Counted from the first letter of the whole stretch, positions 1 to 13,083 are shown. The stretch: 63,972 nt of DNA, filler included, from Phoronis australis (GCA_002633005.1; 7 parts of 7 records of this genome joined end to end with filler, not necessarily neighbours in it), one strand, 5' to 3'. The notes: generated from the letters alone by a model not told the origin. A program made the numbers and translations.

Positions 1-412
1 TTCGAATAAAAGTGTTTGCGTAAAGATCCGTTTCATGAAGTTTTTAACAAAAATGAAGCGGAAATAGTGCCTTTAAATGATGAATGACGCGGGTATCTGT
101 TTTACAGTCGTATTTAGACATCTTGTCGAATTTCAGTTTTCCAAACCTAACCTCGGATCAACAAGTAAGGTCAACTATCGACGCCGGCCGGGTTGCGTAA
201 TTTTAGATAGCGCAATGTAACACCTACAGGCGCCCCAATCCCCGAGGCTCGGTCTCAGGTCCTGGGCTATGTACAAGTCTTGCCGTTCGGTTCATGTTAA
301 CCGCTGTATTTATACATGATACGTAAATTTGTGTATGCATTTATTTTTTAATGTAAATATTCATGTATGTATTTATTCATGTATATGTGTATGTATTTTC
401 AGGGTTTTGAAG

Positions 413-1920
413 ATGGAAGAATATATCCGTGCACTTGCCTTCGTGTTAAATTGTATTCGAGAAAATAGTCTCATTGCTATGCAATACAGAGTTGAATATC
501 AGTTAGAGGAAATCTTGCAGAGAATGATTGAGGACGCTAATGTGCCCGATCATTTTGTGATGGAATTAAATGCTATCAGAGAAGTGTTGGCAAACCTTGG
601 AACACCACTAGCCGAATCCACTGAAACACCCTCTCCCCCACTTGAAATCACAGTAGTCATGTTGGAAGGCCGAAGTTTGACATAACGGAAGAACAACTCT
701 CTTTTTTCAAAGGTGAGTCCTCATAGGTATCGGCTGTGTCGATTTATGGGAAGTGTCCGGCAGCTGTAACTCCTGTGGCATCGGCGTAATTGGTATTGAA
801 CATATCTTGAGCATGTATTTTGCCCTATAGGTATCCTCTCGATGGGTATTTCGGCTTTCTGACGTCGTGTGGCGGGGTGCGTAAATCTAACAAATTAAAT
901 ATCATTAGTAACGGGGCGGAGGATTTCATCATTTGGTCAGTATTGTTTCGTGTACCTTCACCCTCAGGTTTGCAGTGGTCAGGAAAAAAATGTACAGTGG
1001 CACTACCTATTAGGCCTCATGGACAATAGCCGCCCTGGTCCGCAAATGACTTACCTTGGCACATCCTGTTCAAGCTTTACGCACATTATCAACTTCGATT
1101 GTTTTGATAGTTTTGTTACTCGTATGAATTCGAGTCAAGAAATAAGGCAAATTAACTCATTTTATTTTAGTTGATTGTACTATTGTCGGCTGTTCTGCTA
1201 CATTTTATAAGCTGTGCCAATCTTTACTTTAATGATTTTTACTCTACGAAACAGCACTCAAAGTAGCATTAATTATAGGTGCCTCTTTTGGGTGGTCAAT
1301 AACCAGTAGAGAATGCAAAAACACTGAGCAAAATCCCAAAAACATGATCTATCTGACTGCTTCTCGATTAAATTGAAGCCACCTGTAATACACTCACCTG
1401 AGGCGTATTGTCGAATTCAAATAGATAAACAGGTGCACTAAATGTGCCGTTGTCTAAAGTTTCTGTAGCCAACTTATCAAAAACAGTTTTGCACTTTAAA
1501 CTATAATCCAAATTTTATGGGCATGAATTGGTGGATATCATTTTCAAAAAAGCACTGAAGAAGAACTATGTATACCTATACCTTCGACTATGACCGTGAC
1601 AAAGACAGTTTTATACAGTAAACATGGACAATATGCACGTGTATAATGTATTTCATAATCGGAAAATTAAAACCTGTTATCAGATTCTGTTAGAAATGAA
1701 GTGTACTTCATAAATAGTGGATCAGTCTGACTCTAAAATAACTTGCAGAGCTCATCCGCCATACATTGTATGTAATTTTACAGCGCACAATTTCACTGCT
1801 CTGGATATCTCTAAGATGATGGGTGTTAGTGTCAGCACCGTTAAGAGCCGATTGCGACACTTCAGCATCAGAAGCGAATACTCTAACATATCAGATGAGG
1901 AACTTAAACGCTTGATAGTT
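413..1920 (+). pseudogene. Degenerate, intron-containing IS3EU-like transposase N-terminus (HTH)
   Basis: Exon 413-712 (ATG at 413, frameshift near 640-650, then VGRPKFDITEEQLSFFK, donor G|GTGAGT). It splices in phase to cag|1784 (AHNFTALDISKMMGVSVSTVKSRLRHFSIRSEYSNISDEELKRLIV), which matches the GRP..I.EEQL...IA.MLGVS.RTV.RR...YS.ISD.EL signature of animal IS3EU/integrase-core proteins. No catalytic core follows. Confidence 0.7.
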
Positions 1921-2409
1921 TGTTTTGTGACCGCGTTCTGTATTACGTCCTCAAGCCATGAAGGACAAAAGCACTGCTGGGATTTTGAGGCGTAAAATTC
2001 TTAGTAAAGTATATTATTTACTGAATAATGTACTTAGAAATCTCTTATTGTCATCAAAGAGGCGAGTACGGTTTGCAAAAAAAAATTGAAACATACAGCA
2101 AAGTGTCAGGAATAATTGGCCGAGTCGGATCTATCGTCATCGGTCTGGTTCATGAGGCGGCAGTTGACGCGAAATTACGGCGTGAGAAGTTATGTGGATG
2201 CCATTGAGGAAGGAGCTGAAAGGATAAAAGCTCATAAAAATTAAAGCTTATTTACCTGGCAGACCCGTTCACTTGACACTTTTATGGCAAACATTTAGAT
2301 CTATCAACGGTGCATTGCAACTCGGTTTGAGGTATTCGCTTGGCCTGCGAGGTCAGACCGTATACGAAGACGAAGCTAACTTGGTCTGGAGGCATACTTG
2401 GCCTACAAC

Positions 2410-2467
2410 ACATAAGCGGAAGTCGCGCGTCATGACGTTATCTACCGGTAGTTACAAAACCCGCGCG
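2410..2467 (+). promoter_or_regulatory. CpG-rich promoter-like region upstream of orphan ORF
   Basis: ETS-type GCGGAAGT, CRE-like TGACGT and CGCGCG runs lie just upstream of ATG 2468 in otherwise AT-rich DNA. Confidence 0.35.
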
Positions 2468-2938
2468 ATGGACGTCGATGCGCATCGCAGCATTTTACTA
2501 TCTTTAGGTATAGAATTTGATTCGGGGCCTGTTTATTTCTCCCTGAATCCTCAACGTGATCACAACGAATCCGTGAAAACCTCGGAGACTAAAACAAAAC
2601 GTAAGAAAATCAGCCATAATCAGGAACTCGAACAGACAGTAAGTGGAATGTTGATTCCCGTTTTTCGTCTGGCAAGAAATCCCGTGCGGGGTATTCTCAC
2701 GTTCTCACGCCTTCAGAAGGCCATGGAAAGGCTTTCCTGTAGAGACAAGTTGAACAAGTTCTGTCGATGCCACTGGTATGCTGATGACACGGATGAAGCT
2801 GCGAAAGGGTTTGCAGTTTTCTTTGAAAAGGACAACGAAGCCAGCCAGACTGAAACTCAGCTGCAAGAAGTGGCAAATCTACTGAAGAATGAGTTTGAAT
2901 TGGAGGATTATTACAGATTAAAGTACGCACCCGTTTGA
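2468..2938 (+). CDS. Uncharacterised single-exon protein, 156 aa (MDVDAHRSILLSLGIEF...YYRLKYAPV)
   Basis: Uninterrupted ORF with ATG in good context (gcgATGG), protein-like composition, a basic patch KTKRKK and a CRCHW motif. No family recognised. Confidence 0.55.
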   Translation: MDVDAHRSILLSLGIEFDSGPVYFSLNPQRDHNESVKTSETKTKRKKISHNQELEQTVSGMLIPVFRLARNPVRGILTFSRLQKAMERLSCRDKLNKFCRCHWYADDTDEAAKGFAVFFEKDNEASQTETQLQEVANLLKNEFELEDYYRLKYAPV

Positions 2939-4195
2939 TTAGTATCAATTTCAAATTAAATTGTCAATAAACCCACCTTCCAACATGAAGTTGAAACAAG
3001 TGATTTTGAAACTCGCCCTTGTCAAATACATAGAGCTTACAGGGCCTTCACTGGCTTCACTGCATGGACTTAGGCTCTACGACTCTGACGAGTTGGCTTC
3101 TCACGTCATGTCATTTTATGTGTCGGGCATGGCCTCAACTAAGTAATAGTGAACTGTGAGCTCTTTGCATTCTCAAAAATAATTTCTAATTTGAGGAAGG
3201 AATAAGTTGAAACCAATTAATTTATAGGGGTAATTGACGTTAATCAAAAGTTTGCTTGTTGGACGGAATGTGGGCTACAGCAGCATAAAACATGGTAGTT
3301 GGTTTGCCTCGTTATCCGTAGTCTATGGTTTGACCATAGATACTCGTTATCCATTGTCTGTGGTTTGACCATGCTCGTTGTCCGTCTATGGTTTCACTAC
3401 ATGCGCTATGACTTCTTGAAAATAGGTCTCCAGTTGTATAAGTGCTATAAGCTCAGCCATGCATGCTGGGGGATGCCAGTGGTCATTGTTGACAGCAGAG
3501 GGGCACCATTTCATGAAACTTTTTCAGTCCTAACAAAGATTGAAATTGGGCAAACTTAAGGCCAATTTGTCTTGGATTTCTTAAGTCTTAAAACTGCAAT
3601 TAATTAATACAGAAACTGGTCTAATTTAAGATGGAATGTTAGTCTGCTATAGAGTAGGATTAAGATCGCAATTTTGGCCTAAACTGCCATCACTGTTTAA
3701 CTGTTGAATAAGTTTCTAAGTTATGGATTTTTTCTTTTTTCAATGTAATGGTCCCAAACAATGTCAAATTAAAGATTGTCTGCTTTCGATTCGAGAACTG
3801 CAGGCAAAGCACTGTAGATATAGTGCAGAAAGACTAATCTGCTCTGAAGTGATGTTTTCCACTCACACCAGGATCTTCTCTGAAAGTACATGTGATTAGC
3901 AACCATAAATGTTATCAATTTATAAATTTCCAATCAGAGTTTCAAGATAATATTATATTTGAAATTGGATTCTGCACATCACCTTGTGAATTCGCAACTG
4001 GTGGCTAAAGTAAATTGTTAGTATGGTCTCTCGTGGCAAAAACCTAACAAATTTTTGTCAAAGTTAGCTCCAAAGACCGAAAACCAATCTGAGTTTTCGC
4101 CGTAGCTCCTAACTTGGACACGTTTTTGTCCTTAATTATCAATGTACTTTTCATGAAATGAGCCTCAGGTGGTAGATATGTAATAATCTAACCTT

Positions 4196-4530
4196 CACTC
4201 CCATCACTTTATGGTGCCCACATACACATACTAACACCACTCCCATCACTACATGGTGCCCACATACACATACTAACACCACTCCCATCACTACATGGTG
4301 CCCACATACACATACTATCACCACTCCCATCACTACATGGTGCTCACTTACACATACTATCACCACTCTCATCACTACATGATGCTCACATACACATACT
4401 ATCACCACTCCCATCACTACATGGTGCTCACATACACATACTAAGACCACTCCCATCACTACATGGTGCCCACATACACATACTAAGACCACTCCCATCA
4501 CTACATGGTGCCCACATACACACATTAACA
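4196..4530. repeat. 42-bp minisatellite, about 8 copies
   Basis: Unit cactcccatcactacatggtgcccacatacacatacta(a/t)cac; it explains the repetitive ORF 4151-4531. Confidence 0.95.
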
Positions 4531-5749
4531 CTGCTGCTCCAGCTCCTCCTGGTGGTGGTTATCTTTTTCCTGTAAACAGTGAATAGCCCGTCCCATTATG
4601 TCAGTCATTGAGTGTTCTTCCTGAGGTCATGTTGTCGGTGTCTACACAGTAGATCTGTACAAAGTCTAAATTAAATCCTATTCCTTAATTTTGTTTTCTA
4701 CATGCATAGGTTGGATGTTCAGACTTGGCAGTGGACAAGTCAAACAAGCAAACAATCATTGGAGGGTGAGTGTCTTCATCACCTGCTTGTTCCCATGACA
4801 ACCAAGCCATCTGCACACCCTGTTTTCCATCATGAGGAGTTTAGTCCAGTGTACCACAGCTACGAAAGAGCTAAACACATTTTGCAAGAGGTAAATTTTA
4901 TTTCACTAGATGCAAAGATGAATTAGTTCGTGCACTAGTCTATTATTATATACTGTATTAAGTTGTGGAATTGGCAGAAAATTGAAGATCCTGTAATCTA
5001 GACAGGCTTTTAATGTTGGCACTGCGCAAAGCTTTGTTGTCCCGTATTGTTTTGGTTAGGTTACATTGAGAGCACGGATCTGAAATTGCAGTAAACCATG
5101 TTTCAGATAACCTATCAATCTGCACAAGTAATCAATGAACTTGACCCTGTTAGAGAAGCATAGCCTGTAGTAATGACAAACTTAAAGATGTATCTGCATT
5201 CTCCTACTGTATTGCAGGAATTAAACGGCAATTACATTTTAACATAATGTACACTAAACAAATTGCAGTTGTTTTCATTGACAGCTTGTATATGTGAAAA
5301 CAAAAAAATATGCAAATAGGTGACCTTTGAACTAATGACATACCTCGTGGACTCACATAGTCGCATCATGCAGTGCTATTGCTCAACACCACGTCACGAT
5401 ACTTACTGGACACGGTTCAGTGATTTGCGGTGGATCAGTTTTGCTGCAAAACTTGTTCTTAAAAACATTTGGCAAATTTCAACCTTCTTCACATCGCCAT
5501 TAAATGTGTTTCTAGCCAATTTGGTCAAGCAATCACAGAGATAAGGAGTTAGCCTGCAAGTTTCACAAGTTGCGTCCCAGTACACAAACCAAAACTAATT
5601 CTCCAGAAATGGTGCTGTATGTGGCATTGTTGTAAGGAATGTAACATCTTGTCATGATATGAACTCTTGCGTGAACGCAATAAATGATCTTTGAAATGAG
5701 AAAATCAAAAATCTCAGCTGACTCTGCTTGTTTGATCACCACAAAAATG

Positions 5750-5960
5750 AAGTCGACATGTTGTAGTCTTTCTACCGAGATTTTCTACATCAACCAATGA
5801 TAAGTTTGTGTGCTTGATAACTGACTCCATAGAGCAGATGATTTCATCAACCGGAAATACTCGAAGGTTGCTGACAAAATTCAAACCCTTGGATAATATT
5901 GATAATTTGTTGTAAGACTTAGAAGATAGATAACATTCCGAATTCTTTTGGGAGATTGAA
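5750..5960 (-). mobile_element. Penelope-like retroelement ORF fragment (pre-RT region)
   Basis: Translation LSSKSYNKLSILSKGLNFVSNLRVFPVDEIICSMESVIK resembles the conserved LS.GLNF..P...P.EEII..VE..I motif of Penelope-like elements. Confidence 0.55.
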
Positions 5961-6169
5961 GCGCGATGGAGTTCTGAGATAAAGTCTTCCTTTGTTATCA
6001 TCCAGTTTCACTTTCAAATGCTGGCCATTACCTCTCCAGTTGTTATCAGGGTCCGCTGTTGTTTTAAAGTAATCAGAGAGCTTAAGGATTTTAGTATACA
6101 CATTGAGCGGGTTTTTATTTCTTTTATTAATTGTATTCGAATTAAATCTGGTCTGTTGGACTACTTACA

Positions 6170-6281
6170 ATTCCTAGCACCTCAAAGGCATTAGCACCTC
6201 ATTCCTAGCACCTCAAAGGCATTCACACCTCATTCCTAGCACCTCAAAGGCATTCACACCTCATTCCTAGCACCTCAAAGG
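6170..6281. repeat. 31-bp tandem repeat running into contig end
   Basis: attcctagcacctcaaaggcattcacacctc, about 3.6 copies, cut by the gap. Confidence 0.9.
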
Positions 6282-6381
6282 NNNNNNNNNNNNNNNNNNN
6301 NNNNNNNNNNNNNNNNNNNNNNNNNTTAATTAATTAANNNNNNNNNNNNNNNNNNNNNNNNNNNNNNNNNNNNNNNNNNNN
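6282..6381. other. Artificial contig spacer (N44-TTAATTAATTAA-N44)
   Basis: Identical 100-nt spacers at 6282-6381, 31793-31892, 49240-49339, 53790-53889, 59119-59218 and 62864-62963. The 12-mer has stops in all six frames. Confidence 0.97.
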
Positions 6382-9075
6382 ATGATGAGTTTTTAGTGGC
6401 AATTACACTGTTTATGTTTGCCTTATGCATCTTTAGAGTCCCTTGACATATTTTCAACATGCCATGTGATTTTGGATGCATTTGACGTGTTCTGCGCTAT
6501 TTCTTGGCCATCTTTACAATGATTTTTGAGTCCATGTTTGGCTTCCCATTCACTATCTATAGAAGGGGCTTCATGGATCTGTGTATTACGTTCCTGCAGA
6601 CAGGACAATGACCGACGTTGATTTTTGGAGGTCCAGTCACTGGTGCCCCCTGGTGGGAAATTCAGTTATTTGTGTGTCCATGATCGTAACTATATATGCA
6701 GGACCTTTATGAAATTTAGTGTGTTTTTGGTTGTGGATGGATCGGATTTTCGCAGTGCGTCCCGGTAATTTTTGGTATCCCCTGCTTGCCACTGTATTTT
6801 CGGAGCTCACTGATGGATTTCATGAAATTTAGGTATGGGGTAATTGGATACCTTCGCTACCAAGGGTCACATCCCTTACACAAATCATCAACCCTTGAAA
6901 CCATATATTTTCAAATACTGATTACCGAAACCTTCAGTGTGCACAAAAATCGTGCTTACTTTTTGTAGTCATGTGATAGTGTTTTTTCTTCAAAAGTGCA
7001 ATTTTTCCTAGTTCAGAAAAAATTAGCAAAGCCCATTTACATGTAGAGAAAAAACCCAGTCGTAGAAAATCAAGACCAGTCATTTTTTTCCAGGCACCCC
7101 ATGTTAGAATATAAAGATAGAAGTTTTGTGGCAAGAGATAGATAGCAGCCGTGACTTACCTGGCGCTGAACGCAACAAGGAGCTCCTCACTAGCTCAGAC
7201 AGTTAAGCACCCTTTAAAGCTCCAAGCATCCCCAAAAGCAACTACAAATTGTGCACGGACCCATATGGATTATAGAGCTGAATCACTAAGCCATTGAAAC
7301 AAATGTCCATCGAGTCAAATCAGGGTTACTCGTTGACTGAAAAAGAGAGCCATTTGCAGGGAACTCCGACGAATAGTCACCCTTTCGTACTAGGCATTTT
7401 CTACAAAAACACTACCAAACCTAACTGTGGGTATTCTTGGAGAGGTGTGTTGAAATTGAGCTTTCTTAAGATGTAGAAAACGTTAAAACTGCTTTGAAAA
7501 TTTTTAAAGCGAGAAAACAAATCCTTTTCAAAGTCCCAATAAAATAACCCCTTTGTAGAATATAAAAGCAAAAATACCCCTTTCCGTTCGCAGTTTTTGG
7601 CAAAAATCACCCTCTCACGTACATAAACTGGCCATAAAAAAATGCTCATGTGAGTGGTGCCCCTGGGATGAACACAAACATACGAGCAAGCTTATAAAAA
7701 CAGGCCTAGTTATCACAAAGAAGTATTCAGTTCAAAATAATCTACAAAAGATGCGCATAAAATATCCCATTTGAGGAGTTGTGAATTGCTGCCTTAGCCA
7801 ATAAATGAGGCTGAGGTGCACCTGACTATGTGTGAAACAAATGAACATTTTTTTTGGAAATGCATTTTTTTGGTTACATACACGTAGGTGCATGGATCCT
7901 AAAAAGTCCAAATGAGTACACAATGCACATGGACTTTTTTACTGAGGCAGTGATGCTGGGTACATGTCTTGGGCCACCCCCAGCACAGTTTTTTGACTGC
8001 AATAAAAACATCCAAGTTTCATTGAACACGTAGAGATTTATTATGATTCTAACCTTACAATTAAATTTCTCACGTTGGCACACTCCGTAAATTAAAGCAT
8101 TTTCCAGTATTTTACCTGTGTCTCAAGGCGTAATTCGATTTTTAATTTTAGTCAGCTAAACCCGTCAAAATGCAGCTTTAGGTTTGTGATCTACTACCTG
8201 GTCAGAAAGAGCGGATACCACTCTGGCCTAATTTACAAAAGTTTTAAGCCTAAATTTTCTAGACAATAAACCTCACCATGTTTTTTAGCAAGAAAGTCCA
8301 ACACAATTTACACTTGAGTCTTTCATTTTTGAAAAGTGGTGAACGATTAAGGAGAAATCAGAACAACTTTAAAACGGCAACAAAAACACTTTGACTTGCT
8401 GACTGCTTGTTACATTTCTACTCCATTAGTTTAGCGATCTCCACATACAAGTTCAAGAAGCGCAAACATGCCTGTACTTTCTGAAGGCTTGTCATGGTGA
8501 GAGTAGTTACCTGGTCTCTGACACAGGATGTCATACAAGTATATATTGCACTATTGCACAAGGAACAAATTATTAAACACACAACTGAAAGCAATATAGC
8601 AGTCTAAAAATACCTAATACTACAAACAATTTAGACTCTACAATGCTCTCTTTGTATTCTATTCATTTTTTATTCTCTGTCTTAGTTTTAGTAGATAGTG
8701 TTGTTTTAAGTATTAGTTTCAAAGATGGGTCTTGGTAAAAACAATGCTCTCTTTGTATTTTTGCAATGTTTTCCTCTTTGTTCCCCTTCTCTATTTTCGT
8801 TTTAGAAGTACTGCTCTTTTGTACAAGTAATGTAACTAGTCTCATAGGTGCCTTTCATGCAAGCGCCTCCCAAAACCTTTTTGTTAGTCTCCCAATCTTC
8901 ATTGTAAAATCAACTTAGTGGTATAATTGTAATTTGTTATGGAATGGCTCAATATCTGGCTATCTACCTTGAGTTCACGAGGTTCATATTGCCAGAAATA
9001 ACACCTTATCAGAGAGCAACTTTTCTAAAAAGAAACTGGGTTCCAAAATCAACTCACATTTTTGTAATTATGAGG

Positions 9076-12000
9076 CTACTTGAAAACAATGAGATATTCA
9101 GGGTACGCGGCATTGTCGTGAAATACAACAAAAATACCAGGGCTTGCTGGATTGTCACAGGTCGAGTCGTAAAGGTCAGTTCCATTCTTAGCAGGAGGCT
9201 CTTTCATGGTATTATCCCCCGTGGTAAATTCGCCAGTAAGCACTTTACATTGGTACACATGTTGCTGTCCACTGGCGTCAGGTTGCGCATATTGATTGCG
9301 AGCTGAATAGTTTGCGTGCACTGCGAAATATACCCCGGCTCCGTACAAAGTGGCTGAAAATAATTATAAAGAAGTTATGAGGGAATTGCAGGACGACACT
9401 TTCAGGTGTAGTTTTTTTGAGGATTTCAAAGATCAGGACCTGAGGTCTAATTTTTGTCTTCAAAATCAACCTCGAAATTAGTTTTTGACACTTTTCATTC
9501 TATAATATTTTCGTGAGAGCTCATAATATGTGTCGATTACTCTGGGCACCATGGTTTTTTGGACGACCATCGAATTCTGGTTCGCACTTGATGTCTCCTA
9601 GGTTCAAGCTACAAACTCGAGATTTCCAGAAAAAAATCAAAACTCACGTTCAGGCTCAAACTGATAACTTAAATTCTGGGGTCATCGAGTGCATAATAAT
9701 GCACCCCGCACTATAATAGAACGGTAATATTAAAAAGAATCTGAGTTCAAGCTCGAGTGCAAACACTGGACCACAGGCCCAAATGTTACATCACAAAATT
9801 GTTGCGTTCTATATTAAGTTAAGAATTAATTTTGTGGTCTTCGAAGATGACGCGGCATACTACTTTAAGACATGTAAAAGGAAATTACCGTTCTTTCCAC
9901 AAAAGCTCCTGTTGAACCCTCGATCATTGATCTTATCAACAGTGTCGGCACTGGTCCCATGGTATAGCACCCTCTCATTTTGTGTTCCCTGTGGATTTGC
10001 AGAGTCCATGTACTGTTTGTGGCTGACATAGGTTTTCCACAGTCGCTTATTCTGAATGCGCTGAATCTGCAAGAATAGACGATTTCATGAGTCACAACTA
10101 TTCTTTAATAAGCGATAATTCAGAGACATTCAGTACACAATTAAACTGATTGAGTATTTTGAACATCATAAAAAATTGAACACAAACTAGTAAAATCAAA
10201 ATGCATTACCCAAATGATACAACATCATTTCATCTGAAGTCTATTCTTCCCTTCTGTTGAGATACATATCAGTGGATGCAGGATTGTAGTGTACAGGATT
10301 GCCTTGGCTAGTTCTACTGTTATCTTAAGTATTGTATTGTACAGGAAGTTCCTAGCATTACTGTTATCTTTAGTGGATACAGGACTGTAGTGTACATCAA
10401 AGTCCTAGTATTACACTTATCTTTAGTGGATACAGGATTGTAGTGTACAGGAAGGTCCTAGTATTACAGTTGTCTTTAGTGGATACATATAGATTATTAC
10501 ATGGCGAAGTCGTTATCCCCCGTTATCTAGAGCCCGAGTGGATTTTGGAGAATTATCGCCCGAGGGGCGTCAGCCCCGAGGGTGATAATTCTACAACATC
10601 CACGAGGGCTCTAGATAAGGGGGATAACGACTGAGAACATGTAATAATCTATTTATACCACATACTAAACGAGAAACATTGCAATGAATCGATCTACCTT
10701 TCTCGACTCGCCTCGGCTTTGTAACTACTTTCTATGTCAGAGGCCCGGGGTCGAAGGTCGTGACCTTTTAAGAAAAGCCGAGCTATTTTTGTCAAATAAT
10801 GCTTATACTCAAAACCAATTGGAAATTAAAACAAAATAGAAATGAAGTGAATCTCTAAATTAAGGTTAAGCAACTATTATAGCTTAAAACACCGTTTTTT
10901 ACACGCTAAGCTTCGACCGGGAAATTATCGTCTGCTAAAGTAGGTTACCACTGGTAACTGAATATAATTCTCAAGTCAAAGATCCTGACGACACGATACC
11001 CGCATTCAAACTGGAGATCGGTGATTTACAAGTAAGAGGACATGAGAGAAAAATTTCACTGAATTAAGATATCATTTTTATGGAAATTATGTGTCTTATT
11101 TTTTGTAGCGTATAAGTACAGTACAATGCGGTTTGTTGAACGTGCGATTATTGCGCGTGCTCATTTAAGTATTCTATTTTCACTCTTGATGACGTCAGTC
11201 GCTGCGTGGTGTAGTGGTTAAAGTCGGCGATCAGCTATACCAAGGTCCCGGGTTCGACTCCGTCCTCGGTTTCCCGCCAAATCGTTATCTCACTAGTGAG
11301 ATAAGTTTATGGGTTATTACACGGTTTTATCTGCCATTTGACGCTAATATTGTGGTATAAAGGACTGTAGTGTACATTAAGGTCCTAGTATTACAGTTAT
11401 CTTTAGTGGATACAGGACTGTAGTGTACATTAAGGTCCTAGTATTACAGTTATCTTTAGTGGATACAGGACTGTAGTGTACAGGAAGGTAACTTTGGATG
11501 AATAGTCAACAGAATGCAGTAATCAACTCATTTTTATTTTCCAAATGGAGTTCTCAGGGAGACAAATAGATCAATTTTTAAGTTCTCTTTGTTAAAGGAT
11601 AATCGAGACAATTTACTTTCAAATGAACAGAAACCACATACCTACAAATTCTATTCCAGGAACAAAAAGGATTTGTATTAAAACCACAAGAGACCCAAGT
11701 CTTTCATGTTAATGGGTGGTGTATTGAGAAGGGACCAGCTGCCTTGCCATGATGAGTAGACAACAGCTTATTGTTAGTACTAAAACTTCTAGAAAAAATG
11801 AGTACCAGCATAACAGGGAACTAATGGCATCTTTCTTACCATAGGAATCCCAATGCTTGTTTTGCAGTGCTTAAAAGCTATAAAATCCACAACTAGTGAA
11901 CTCATATAATGGAAACAAGATTGTTTCAGATTGAGCACCAAATGCAGCGCTGATGCCAAAAAGTTTCCAACAAAGACGACGTGCCAAGGAGAAGAACAAT

Positions 12001-13032
12001 TCAAAGAACTTTTTTCTGTGTTTCCTGCAACTTTGAGATTCTGTTCCATTTCAACAGTGGGCACAGCGGTTGTATGAGTGCTCATTCTGTGGAGCATGTG
12101 TAGGCTATAAGAAAGTGTTGCAGGTGGGGCTTAACTAGAATCAATTGTGGCATTTTCTCAAACATCCGTCTCTTGGGTTTTTTCATGTAGTGCCCAGTAG
12201 CCTCATTTTCTGGTATTCATACATGTATTTCAGAGCAGTTTGTTAAACAATTTGGGACACCGTATTAAGTTTTAATAGCCTTACTGACAAGTCACTTGCA
12301 ACCATTTGCTGACCCCTCATCTTCGGCACAATTTCTCACGTATTGCATTGACCCTTCCTCAGTGATACTGAGTTTAAAGCGGCATTTAACCCACACTTGC
12401 GCATTCTGTCATAAAACCATCAACCACTATAAAAAGATCTCAAAATTGCTTTTTACTCCAACGTGGAATGATGTCCTGGCTATGGGAGAACTGATAGCTT
12501 ACAACTTCTGTCAGATCTTCCCAAACCTTGATATCACCGTCCTCTAAACAAAGCAAGGAGGAGGTGAGACCAAATTTTATAACAGAATGTGGCCATATTC
12601 AAAACCTTTCTGACGGAAAGCTCACATGAAATATCGCCTTTCTCTAATAAAAGACCCTTTCATGAGAGTAAAAAATTTCCAACAGACTCCTGTATTAGAG
12701 CATTCATGTAAACTCATAATATGCCACAGAAGCCTTCTGCTTCCACTCTAGTTAGTGCTTGAATTTCATTATGTAAATGAGGAAAAATCTGCCAAAAAGA
12801 CTTGCATGAAAGGGCCTATAACCACCAGAACTGCAAGCTATTCCCAACAGTATATTAACCACGAGTCAATGCTTTACTTATCTTTGTGCTACTGTTACGT
12901 ACCAAACTACATCCACTGCCATCAGAAATAGTTTCCTTTTGAGCAATTGGAACCCCGTTATACTGTCTTGAGAAATGCTAAACAATCATTTGAAGCAATA
13001 GTAAAAAAATAAATGTTCACATTGAAGCACGA

Positions 13033-13083
<51 letters not shown>

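Larger units (their letters stand above)
10271..11490. repeat. 53-bp minisatellite split by an insertion (arrays 10271-10486 and 11361-11490)
   Basis: Unit agtggatacaggactgtagtgtacattaaggtcctagtattacagttatcttt. The unit breaks at ...ggatac (10486) and resumes in register at aggactg (11361). Confidence 0.9.

Noticed and set aside
2250-2265. U1 snRNA 5' end (ttacctggcag); similar at about 7155
   Set aside because: No further U1 sequence follows; it is simply the complement of a donor-like motif.
4151-4531. Cys/His-rich repeat protein (VCVCGHHVVMG)n
   Set aside because: It is the translation of a 42-bp minisatellite, with no splice or start context.
6326-6337. Recurrent TTAATTAATTAA motif as a biological site (PacI or piggyBac target)
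   Set aside because: Always centred in exactly 44+44 Ns, so it is an assembly linker.
11200-11270. Functional tRNA gene
   Set aside because: A and B boxes are present but the cloverleaf stems do not pair; kept only as a tRNA-derived remnant.
12457-12544. Cryptic exon in the PARP14 intron
   Set aside because: In-frame stop in phase 0, which this intron requires.
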